Shown here: positions 24,723-35,600 of the stretch, piece after piece
Numbering within the stretch: the first letter of the stretch is position 1
Layout: every line of letters begins with the position of its first letter
Assembly: GCA_051047955.1 (NCBI GenBank)
Contig: JBPGPT010000001.1
Span: forward strand, 1,116,001-1,180,000
Length of the DNA stretch: 64,000 bases
Direction: 5' to 3'
DNA from: Cystobasidiomycetes sp. EMM_F5
Lineage: Eukaryota
Position numbers and translations under genes: made by a program
The notes under the pieces: generated by a model
What the model was told of the DNA's origin: nothing
What the model saw: only the letters and a program-made list of their open reading frames with translations
The model's database searches: none

Positions 24723-27152
24723 ATGCAACGGAACCTATGTAGATGTGGGCTTATATCTGCAAGAGCTGCTCCTCAACCATTCCCATATATCACTGCTCCA
24801 GTGCTAGCTCTCCAGCGTTACCAGTCAAGATCCGCATCGCGACCATACGTCCAGACCGCGCCGAAACATGCCGAAAGTACTGACACAACCAGCAAAGGAA
24901 TCCAGACATGGCAGGCTTTCTTTCTTGGAAGTATTGCTGTCATCGCAATTCAAGGCCTGGTTTTATATTCTGGAGCCTTGCAACCCGCGAGTCGGTCCAA
25001 TAACACTGGTGGCCAAATTGGACGCTCGGCAGCAGACTTGGAGAAAGCGCTGCAAGCTATTAGAGATAGCGACATCGAAGTCTCAACCGCCGAAGATGTT
25101 CTGAGCGGGTATGCTACCGCTCCTGGAACGTCATACCCCGCATCATTGCCGCTGGCAGCCGTCTACCCCACTTCAACAGAAGATGTCGTCACCATTGTGC
25201 ACGCATCGAGAATGTCACGCATTCGTAAGGCATCGTCGTCATGCGACTTTCTGACGTTGACTAACAGCTCCTTACAGCAATCCTGCCCATCAGCGGACGT
25301 ACTTCTCTCGAAGGGCATACCATCGCGCTGCAAGAAAAAGGATCTGCTATTCTCATCTGCTTCGAGAAGATGGACAAGATTCTTGATGTAAATGAAATGA
25401 ATGGAGACGCTGTAGTACAAGCCGTGAGGATATCAAATAGGACAGAGCTGTTCGCGACTAATTCTAAAACAACAGGGCGTGACGTGGGAGGGTCTCAATG
25501 AACATCTGGCAGACAAAGGGATACCCCTCTTCTTCCCAATCGAGTCCGTCGTGTCCTTTCCCACCCAATAATGCAGGGACGCTAAATCAAAAAATTAGCC
25601 CCGGACCTGGAGCAGCATTTGGTGGCAGTCAGTCATATTCTCTTATTTTCGAAACAGTGCTTATGTTTTGTATTGCAGTGATTGGTGCTGGAGGGTATGT
25701 CTTAAGTAAATTCTGCCTCCTTGTGATCTGATGACCCGACAGATCTGGCACCGGGGCCGTTCGGTACGGCACGATGAAGAGCGAATTTATAATTAACGCT
25801 ACAGTTGTTCTTCCGTCGGGAGAAGTCATCAAGACGCGGTCGCGGGCTCGAAAAAGCGCTATGGGTTGGGATGCAACAAAGCTCTTCATCGGTGCTGAAG
25901 GGTACGAGTCCCCGTTTCGCTTACATCCGTATCAGCCCGATTGACTTTGCCGAGAGCAGCACGTTAGGGATCGTGACGGAATGTACAGTACGACTCGCGC
26001 CGAAACAGCCCGACAAGGTGGCAACGACGTCTTTTACAAATGTAGCAGATGCTGTTAGGACGGTGGTTGAGCTGCTCAATAAAGGGGTGCAGGTTACCTG
26101 CGTCGAACTCCTCGATGATGTGACAATGAAGGCCATCAACCTCAGTGGTCAGATGAGCCGAAGGTATCCGGAAGTGCCTCACCTCTTCAGTGAGGCGCCC
26201 TCGTCTTGCTGTACGCACTAGGTGTATGCTTGATTTGACATCGATGGCCACACAGTCAAATTTTCCGGAGGACCAGGGACGATGTCGGATAACATCAAAC
26301 TTACGAATGAAGTCTTGAAGCGCAATAAGGGTCAAGCGTTGACAATAGCGCGCAACGATGCGGAAAACGAAGAGATCTGTAAGTGCGTTGAATGGACATA
26401 TCCGTCACACCGATTTCATATCCATATCGACAGGGGCGGCGCGGAAAGGCATCTTCTTTTCTCAGCAACTCTTACTGCCAGGGTGTAAAGTTTATATTAC
26501 CGATGCTGCAGTGCCGCTGTCTCGCCTGCCAGAGTTGGTTGACTTTGCCGCCAAGGACATCAAAGACAGTGGCTTCATTGCTCCAATTCTTGGGCACAGC
26601 GGGGATGGCAATGTAAGATTCTCCGCTTGAAACATTAGCTATCGTAGGCTCATCGAGTCCTCTTTCGGTACCAATCCCAATATTCAGATACAGTCAGCTT
26701 TTTGATCTGGAAGACAAATCGCAAGCGTTTCATGCTGACTTGACGCTTCACCAGTGCGGCTATACTATACTCGGCCGATCAATCCTACGAAGGTGTCAAA
26801 GCTCTAGCTAAGCGTATTAGCGATCGCGCTATAGAGCTGGAAGGCACGGCTTCGGGAGAGCACGGCGTTGTAGGATTGTGCCCATGCTCTCCAAGGTGAT
26901 GCTTTCCGCTGACATGTTTGTCAGGGTCAATCCAAGAAAATTTTCATGGAGAAGGAGCTAGGCTCTGGTACCGTTGCATTAATGCGAGCCGTAAAGAAGG
27001 CCATCGATCCTGATGATCTTTTCAAGTAGGCCTGCCTCGTGTTGACGCCCACTTTTATGGACTTGATAACACACTGATCTTCACATCAACTCTACAGTCC
27101 TGGCAAGATGTTGCCCGATGAGCCCATACAACACAAGAGCTCCTCAGAGTGA
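24723..27152 (+). CDS. Mitochondrial D-lactate dehydrogenase (cytochrome)-like FAD-linked oxidase, many short exons
   Basis: PTSTEDV, SGRTSLEGH, DPGPGAAFGGMIG..SGTGAVRYGTMK, LFIGAEGTLGIVTE, TDAAVPLSRL, GHSGDGNIH, GEHGVG and DPDDLFNPGK. Start is ATG 24723 (or 24660). Confidence 0.9.
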
Positions 27153-27315
27153 ATCCGATACCAGTCCTTGCTAGAATCTGCTGCGCAGCAAGACATTGAT
27201 TGTGCATCGCCAAAATAGTATAGTGCGGTCCATTAGTGATCGTACCCGCGTTCGCAGTTGACATCTGAATCGTCCATCAATATCAATACTTTTAACGTGT
27301 TGAGGGTCTCCGACT

Positions 27316-28963
27316 TCACATCGGCCGTCCGAACTAAAACACAGATCAAAGTCGGAGTCAGCAGGAATTTTCGTCTCACCTGTCGGTATCACCTCACCGC
27401 TTCCTCGAGGTTGTTGCGCAGAACAATGTCTGCTACGCTCGCTAACACGATTTTCATGTTATCTGTATCCGTAGCTATTCATACTCACCGACTTCAGCCC
27501 GCGCTATATTCGCTGCACCTGTTTTTCATGATATATTACTTACCAGTGCACATGTGCGAATAAACCTTCTTCCTCCTGATCTTCTCTTCCGTGACTTCCG
27601 AACCCTGATGGGCTCTTGTGAATTTGCTTTCGATGAATCGAAAAACAGCCTTCCAATCTGTCGGATCTCCGGTAAACTCTGGAAAGGAGTCGGGATGATT
27701 GATCATCTGGGCTGGTACTCCGGATTGGCATTTCCTCCGCAAGAGATCCGCCTTATTGAGGAATAGGATGACTGGGACGTTGATGAAGTGCGGTGATGTC
27801 ACGATGGACGAGTATAGTATATGCGCTTCCCTCATACGATTCTGTTCACGACAGTCAGCCTGCACGACGGCTGTCGGACGTACTTTCATGCACCCACTAT
27901 ACTTTCGTCCTCGCGGAGAAACATGTTCCATTCGTTTAGAGCGACCACGTACAGCAGTGCCGTTACTATAAGCAGGAGCAATTCGAGCTGTTAATCACTC
28001 CGTCAATCTTTAGTCTGGGTTAATTTACCATTGTCGAAGCAATGCAGCCTTGAAGTGAGAATAGAGTGAGAATAGTATCCGGACAATCAGCTGGGCAACC
28101 CTCTCTTTCGGACTGCTGGTCACACACCATTTGCGCCTTTCGCTCCGCTGTCCGCCTACGTCCACCACGATGAACTGCCTTCCCTGTTGCTGAAACCTCG
28201 TCTCGGAGATTCCCGTAGTCTTGACTCTTGCCTTGAGCACATCCGTATCCGTCGGCAGCCAACCTTCTTTGTATATACGACTGGCGTTTTCCAAAAAGTA
28301 TTCAGCGCTATCGTTGAGCTGGTACTCGTTGTTTCGCTGAAAACATTCCTGTACGCCCGCGTCCTTCCAGAGCGTGACAACTGCGTCTAGTATGCCGGGC
28401 ATGAGCGAACCGTCAGACTGTATGCCTATCGATCCAGCTTGAGGTCGAAGCTCGAGGATGAGGTTTGCAGATGGTTTGAGTGCTTTATCAGCGAGCGAAA
28501 TTCCAAGCAGGATCATGTGGTCGAGAATGATTTGTAGGGACGAGATTCCGTTCGTGCGGCATACATCGGCTGTAAGATAGGTACTGTCAGTATTTGAAGC
28601 TGCTTACAGCACTTTTGGTCCACTCTAAGCTGATTGCCCACCGAATTGCTCCCTTTCGTCATCAGTAATGGCAATACCCTCAATGAGCTTGAACTGCTGC
28701 CGGATGGTGCTCTTGCCGCTCTCGCCTGCTCCGAGCAGGAGTAGCTTGATCTCCTTCCGATGCACGTCGTGATCGTTTTTCAATTGAAGGTCTGGCCAAG
28801 TAATGCATAACAATATCGCCAGTATCGGTACGCTCCTCCTCTCACCTATATTTTGCGAGGCTTTGACCTGATATGGTAGTGTAGACTACATCAGCGTTGC
28901 CAATTAGCAGTGCTAGCGGATGCTCACGTCGTCAGAGACGGGCTTTGATGCAAGACAGCCCAT
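27316..28963 (-). CDS. Heterotrimeric G-protein alpha subunit
   Basis: MGC N-terminus, G1 GAGESGKST, switch I LKARVKTTG, G3 DVGGQRSERRKW, G4 FLNKADL and G5-like CTATDT. Multi-exon. Confidence 0.93.
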
Positions 28964-29436
28964 ATCGAGCAAGTCTTAAGGGAATTACGGCGTCAGTACA
29001 GCGCATGCAGAGTCCAGGTCGACGTTAGCATGATTCAACACACTCAGCCATTGGTCGCAGTTTGCAAATTTCGCCTTCGAGCCATCCGGCGCGGATTCCG
29101 ACATCAACCCACGCTAAGCCCACGACAAGCGTCGCTAAGGAACAGCGAGCTCAGCCCTCCGGAGCGGTTGCTACTGTTCAGCTCGGTCAGCTGTGTTTGG
29201 GTGTGAGAAGGTGGATGCACGGTAGCCGGGGCGTGGAAGTGAAAGAGTGGTTCAGTAGCCTGCTTGGAAGACATGTACATCGCAACGTATATGATCAGTG
29301 CGAAGAGGAATCTCAATGTACGATGCATGGATTTCTGCAGCCTTGCCATACCAAGTGTATGATGTCATTCAGCAGGCATGGCCTCGAGCAACTCCCACGC
29401 ACCCTTCGTTTCTCCGCCATTCCATCTCTGCCCAAC

Positions 29437-30072
29437 ATGTCTGAGTCCACTGCACCAGGAATCGTCTCAGGACACGCAAAGCTGTGGGTAGCAACCACCG
29501 GCATTGCAAAGTAGTTGCCTGACGACGTGGGAGGACAGCGCTGGAGGAGCCGCAGAGGCTGCATTCGGGAGCCTGACGGGCAATGCCAACCTACAGTCCA
29601 GCGGAGAGGCCCTCAAGCAGTCGGGTGTCGACGAGCTCAAGGCGTATCAGAGTGCACACCCTCCGTCCGGCAATGCGAGCTCACTCGAGGCAAAGGTCGG
29701 ATCGGCTGTAGGGTGCGAAGGGCTCGTCAACGATGCACAAGGTAGTACAACTGGAAGTACCGGGAGCTCTCTGTCAAACACAAACAGCGTGTCTGCTGCA
29801 AGCGGTGTCGGGGGCGTCATCAAAGACGACGGGTCTGCCAATGCTGGCTTACAGGACATTCTCGCGGGAGGTGTTCAGCCTGGAAAGGGGGTGAGCCAGG
29901 GTGCTCTACAACTGATGCGTTCTGGCTTACGATGCTCTGTTTGTACCTACAGACTGGCGGTGCATCTGGAGGTGAATGCAGACGTTCCTTGCCAGATCCT
30001 CTATCCGTTAACTGATGTACTGCCTCGTACTCGTCTGCAGCTGCCGGAGAACAGCCCGAGCGACTCGTATAG
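29437..30072 (+). CDS. Small Gly/Ser-rich hydrophilic protein, fungal CsbD-like stress protein
   Basis: Spliced MSESTAPGIVSGHAKLAGGAAEAAFGSLTGNANLQSSGEALKQ..AKVGSAVGCEGL..AAGEQPERLV*, with three canonical introns. Confidence 0.6.
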
Positions 30073-30366
30073 GCTTTGATGTAGTAGGCGGGCCCACAGC
30101 GTGTCAGCCTTGGCTTCTTTACGCGTAGCTCGTAGAGGTATCTCAGAAAAGAACAGAATATATGATGTAGCAATGGAATACCGCGCGTGATGCATGCGAT
30201 AAACGCCTATCGTGGACGAGTTACTGCTCGACGGCAGCTTTGCCTAGTAACATGCTTTGTAGCCCAAATCAAAAGTTGGCAGGTCTGCTCAACGACAACC
30301 CAGCCAAACCCCAATCCCCTCACCACCTCTCAGCTGGGACACTGCGTAAAGATCATAAGGTAGCGC

Positions 30367-32515
30367 ATGTCAACGCCCAACTCGTCGACCCCCGGTAGCG
30401 GCTCGTCGAATAATTTTGGATATGGTCAGAGTGGCAGCAACGCAGCCTCAGCCTCAGCAGCACTAGCCGCAGCGACCAAGGACAAGAAGCCCACGCTAGC
30501 TGGCGTAAAGACTAAGCAGAGGTGAGGAGATGCAGCCCATTGCGGTCTGGATACAACTGGCACAGGAATGCAAGCTAGCTGCTGGCAAGCGAAAAGGTCC
30601 AAGAACCGCAATGATTGTCCAGGACGCGCAATGCGTGCATGTTGAGGAGCCTTTGCTCACCGAACTTATCAGGACGTGTGCCCTTACTGACTGTTTATGC
30701 ACTTTCCTGTCGATTCATTCACTCATTGTGCCTGCCTACAACCCCCACACTGCTCCCTAACATCCATTTCCACCTATAGAAAGGGAGTTGCCAAAGCACA
30801 AGCAAAGCACGAACCTACCGTTTTCCGAGATGAGCTACTTCGGCTCTTGTCAACCTGCCCGTCTTCGACAGACTGGGAAGGCTACCTGCGGATCCTGGAG
30901 AGTGCAGCAAACGAGCTCGACGTGAGAAAGTACGACAGTGCCTTCTTTGAGCTGCTCATTTTGGGCAAACTTCTCGCCCCTGGTGGTGCAGTACTTGCAG
31001 ATGGCGCAGAGGCTTCGCCGTTCTCGGTGCTCGGAAGAGACCTCAACCAGCAGAAAGATGTAGCTGCCGTCTTTGCAAAGCTCATCAGAAGGTAGCGCTA
31101 GTTTCATGAGCAGCATCGATAATGACTGCTGATATTCCACTCAGATACAAATATCTACAGAAGCCCCTCGAGGAGAACGTGCTCCCTGGCCTCATTGTAT
31201 GTAGCGTCTACCCTATAATGTCTACGGAATTCTGCTGAACTATAATCCTTGTATTCGCATTCAGCAAAATGCAAACAGATTGGATCAAACGGCTACACCT
31301 GCCGGCGCAAGTCTGTCAGTACCAGGTTCAGCTGGTAAAGTCGGCGGCGCCAGTACCCCCGGCAACGGCTCTATTTCTGGTGCCATTACGCCCACTGGCA
31401 GTGGAACGCCTCTCTCTGGACCGATCCCAGCAGGCCCCAAGCCAAATGCAGAAAAGCTCGCGACTTTCTTAGCACACGCCATAAGTGCCGGCTTTACCAT
31501 CCCTGCCGTTTTGGCCAATGCGAAGCGAGAACATCTGGTCAAGGATGGCACCGCTCTGGTCTTTCTGACCACGTACTGCAAGACCTACATGGCTCCTGCC
31601 GCGGCTGGTGGAGCTGGCGAAGGTCTTGACCAGCTCGTCTCCTCTTTGAGGAAAGGAGGAGCTGGAAATCTGCTCGATTTCTTTCCATTGCAACATCGCA
31701 GCATGGCGCACCTGCAAAAGGAGTTTAAGGACAAAAACTTGGACAAGTTGACAGTCTGGTACAACAAGGTCTCCGAGGGTATGAGACGAGATGGTGTGTT
31801 TGAAGGCATCAAGGAACTCATTGCCTCTGGCGAAGGCGAGGATGTAGTCCACTCGGAAGAAGTGAGTCGATAACACTGCGAACGTGCCTATAGGATATCG
31901 GTCGGCAAGAGTACTTACATTGTCCTCCCTATTGCCGTCCAGATCATCTCGTATATTGACTCTGTTCAGAAATCCACATCTCCCTTGAACGAGCAGGATC
32001 TCGTCACCGTTCTGTGGCAAGCAATCATGTCGCATGACCTCGATATCAACAATACAAACAAGGATCAAGTCGCTGACCGTGTTCTAAAATGGATCAAGGT
32101 TCGTAACGAAGGTATATTTCTGTCTTGGAGCACGTAATGACCGTCATTTGCTATTCACAGTCCACAGATCCAGTTCTGGAAAAGTACACCCAGGGTGCCC
32201 GAGCCGAGATTGCTCTGATGTAAGACGACTATGTCTGCAGGTCCATACAGTACTCTCCATGGCTGACGATCTCACGACTCTCCGCTCAGTAATGCCATTC
32301 AGGTCTACTTCTACGAAAACCCACCTCTCATCCCCTTATTTCCTCGAGTCCTGCAATTGCTCTACAACGACGACGTTTTGTCCAGTTCGGGCATATTCTA
32401 CTGGTTTGAGAAGGGAGCGAAGCCGAACGGGAAGCAGACATTCCTCAAGTCTACGGAGGCTCTTGTCAAAGCTATTAGACAAAGCGAGGACGACGACGAC
32501 GAAGATGAGGAGTAG
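30367..32515 (+). CDS. BZW: eIF5-mimic protein (5MP/BZW, W2 domain)
   Basis: KPTLAGVKTKQRKGVAKAQAKHEPTVFRD, LDVRKYDSAFFELLILGKLLAPGG, KLIRRYKYLQKPLEE, and a W2 aromatic/acidic end (LYNDDVLSSSGIFYWFEKGAKPNGKQTFL..SEDDDDEDEE*). Confidence 0.88.
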
Positions 32516-32692
32516 AAGCATCAGAGCAGCTATATGTACCGTGAAGTCATTATTGGAGGTCGTTATTGCTTCTGCCAGCAAACGAAGGATATATATCTGC
32601 GTTACCCTCACCCGTTGCCAGATGCTTGGGTGCATTGATGTGCTTCCAGTAGTAACAACAACAATCACGACTGGCTGCTTAGACTGCACTGA

Positions 32693-35600
32693 CTACTTCT
32701 TTTTCGTCGTCTTGCTTGCTACTTTACGTCTTTTGGGCGATTCGTCATCTATGATTACTTCCGGGACTGGCTTTCGTTTCTTGTTAGCTTGTGCGCGTTT
32801 CGGCGCTGAAGTATTCGGCGCTGTCTTGGCTGTTGAACTCGCTATAGAGGTTGAAGCCAACGACGAGACATTGGCCTTGATGGCAGGTGCGCTGTTATTG
32901 CCGCTTGGAAGCGGCTTGTCTTTGTTTCTCGAAACGTCCTCTGCTGTCATTGGGACGCTGACATTTGAGACCGCCGAATTTGCGTCGATACTGACTGTCA
33001 GGCTTCGACGGAAGTCACGCTGCCACATGGACTCTTGCAGTATAGGAATTTCTGCATCGAAGTTGCCTTGGTCGGCAATTCTGAAATTTGAATCTTTCGC
33101 AGATCTCTGATCCGTGTTTATCGGAGGCAGATTCTGCATTTGCGGAGCGAGATCGACAATGTCCGCCTGCATTTTGTGCAAGTCGATCGGACCGTTGTTT
33201 GAGGACGCTTTCTCCCTAGCATCCCGAGCTGTCGGTTCAATGCCTCCGAGTTGGTCCCATGGTCGCTCCGGTGCAAAGAACATCTCTCCTGAATCGTTCT
33301 CCAATACGCATGTAGATTCCCTCTTCTCTGAAGAAAGCAGAAGCGGAACCGTCATATGGTTTGTTCCGTAAGAATTCGTTGTTTGCCCTTCCCTCTGGCG
33401 CCATCGAGATGCTATGATGACCCAGGTACTCTCAGGGGTGTCTGCTCACCAAGTTCTTCAGTGACTGATATTGGCAAATCAAACTCGAAGCTACTCACAA
33501 TCCTTCAGGCGGACAAGCATGTCATACATCTGTTGTGCATGTTCCGATGATAGCTGAAAGTCGGCGAGCAGCCGGAAAAACCCATCAACCGCAGATTCAA
33601 GGAGATCTTCGTTTTCCGTCCACAAATCCCCATATCTCATAGCAAGGCATAGTGACTCGCATAGCACGAGCAAGCACATCATCGATTCCTTACTCATGCG
33701 CCAGCCATGTGTGGTTGCAGCCACGCTGTAACTTCGAACATGGTCGAAAGCTTGCGCCCATTTGAAAGTGAAAGTTTGCTGCAGCAGAGTGGTTACAGCT
33801 TGACTCACGCGCAGTTGCGTTGCTTGCTTCATAATGCGTCTGAATATCGAGCAGGTTATTCCGATGCGGGCTGGCAATCTGCCATATCCAGCTGGGCCGC
33901 CAGTAATAAGATTCTCCATATCTTGAACCAGACAGAGAATTGTTGCATGCAATAGCTGGAAGAAAGAAGGTCCCGCGTGTCAACAAATAGAACTCATGTG
34001 TCGATGAATGACCTTAACAATGAATGTTAGATTGACTTACTTGGTCGGCGCCGCTACCGGTGAAGGCAGACAGCTGACCGCTTCCGTTGGTCAGGCTGTC
34101 GGGTCTGTTCAAAAGTCCCTCGAGGAAACGCTGCGCGAAGACGGGGTCTTCGAACTGCTCGCTCGTCTTTGACATTTCGAGGTGCTTCAGATAGGCTTGC
34201 AGCTCCATCTGATCCAAGCGCGACACAACCACTTCGGCAGATAACGTGCAATGCTTCGTAGAGTCAGAGGTGGGGACAGATATAGGCCCAATAGGATCCG
34301 TCTGTACGCCCGAGCGGGATTTGAGAGCCTTGATGACGTCTCGAAGAACGTCGACTCGCGCCACTGCTGTATGCATGTCGTCTCCACTAGTGTCGAGCAT
34401 TTTCTCACTGACCCGTACCAAATTGCGCATGAATAGCCGCTGGAAGCGATCGTTTCGAGGCATTTTCAGCCGCAATTCTCGCACAAGCAGTGCGTGCACC
34501 TCGTCATTACGGGCTTGCAAAACGCTTTCCAGCCTGCAAAGGCTTATGAGCAGGTCAAAAATCTCGCAGATTTGCGCAGATGTGTAGAAGATTTCCAGTG
34601 CGGCTTCTACCTTTAGAAATGTCGTGGCACTGGTTTCGGTAAGCTGGTTGTGCAATAGTCTTCCAATCTGATTTGCGCATTTGATTGAACGGATTATCTG
34701 TAGGGCTGATGTGCCAGCTTCGCCGCTGAGATGCTTCGTTGTGGCGGTGAGCAACGGCATAAGATATTCTTGTACTAGGCTTGACATAGTAAGAACACCG
34801 TACGTGACCAGCTGGGAGAGAAAGACCGCATACTGCACTTTCGGCCCTTGCCCCTCATCGAAGCAGGTGCTCAGTGCACTAGTCATCACGTCGGGGAGTT
34901 TTGACTCATTACTAGTAGTCGACAGGTCATCCACAGCAAGCCAAAGCTGGGCGAGTGCTTCGGCAGCCGGGGTATTAGTTGTGTCCTCGAGCACGATGAG
35001 GATGCAGGTCGCAATGTCTGAACACCATTGAGGGTGACTTCCGTACATTTTCCAGTATGATTCTGCCAAGGAAGCGGTGCTTGCTGGAATCCAAGTGTTG
35101 ACATGACGACGGATTTCATCCAAGACCGTAACTTGGATGTCAAATGTCCAGTCTGGGCTTGCCATCTGAGCAGTTTGGTTGAGCGCCTTGTGTAGCTTGT
35201 CGACGTCGAGCGCTAATTCGTAGGATATTTTGGTGCCATTGAGTACATCTGGGGACACTTTGGGCGAGATTTCTACTAGGGTCACCAAGGTAGTCTTGCA
35301 AAAATGCCATGGTTGGAAGATCGAGTTGACAAACCGCCTGTGAGCTTTGTATAACGAAACAAACAGCTCATCTAGACACCCCATGACAGTCCATAGTGAG
35401 ATCTGAGATCGGAAGACGTCGGATAGGCATTGAAGCATGCTCCTGTGCAAAACATAGCCTTCACACAATTCCGACAGCAGGGGAACGAGTAGAGTGACGA
35501 CAGAATTATGAATCCACAGACTCAACGCGCTGGATAATTCTGCGATACCATCCGCAATACTGTTCAGTAGTCAGCAGAGGGTGTAGAAAGCTATTGCTAG

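Noticed and set aside
30640..30700. GAACTTATCAGGA in the 5MP intron resembles part of a TPP riboswitch
   Set aside because: The CTGAGA element and the TAAT..GCG P5/P4 region are missing, and the host gene is unrelated to thiamine.
32148..33110. 320-aa + strand ORF
   Set aside because: It overlaps the 5MP last exon out of frame and is antisense to the MED12 last exon, so it is a shadow ORF.
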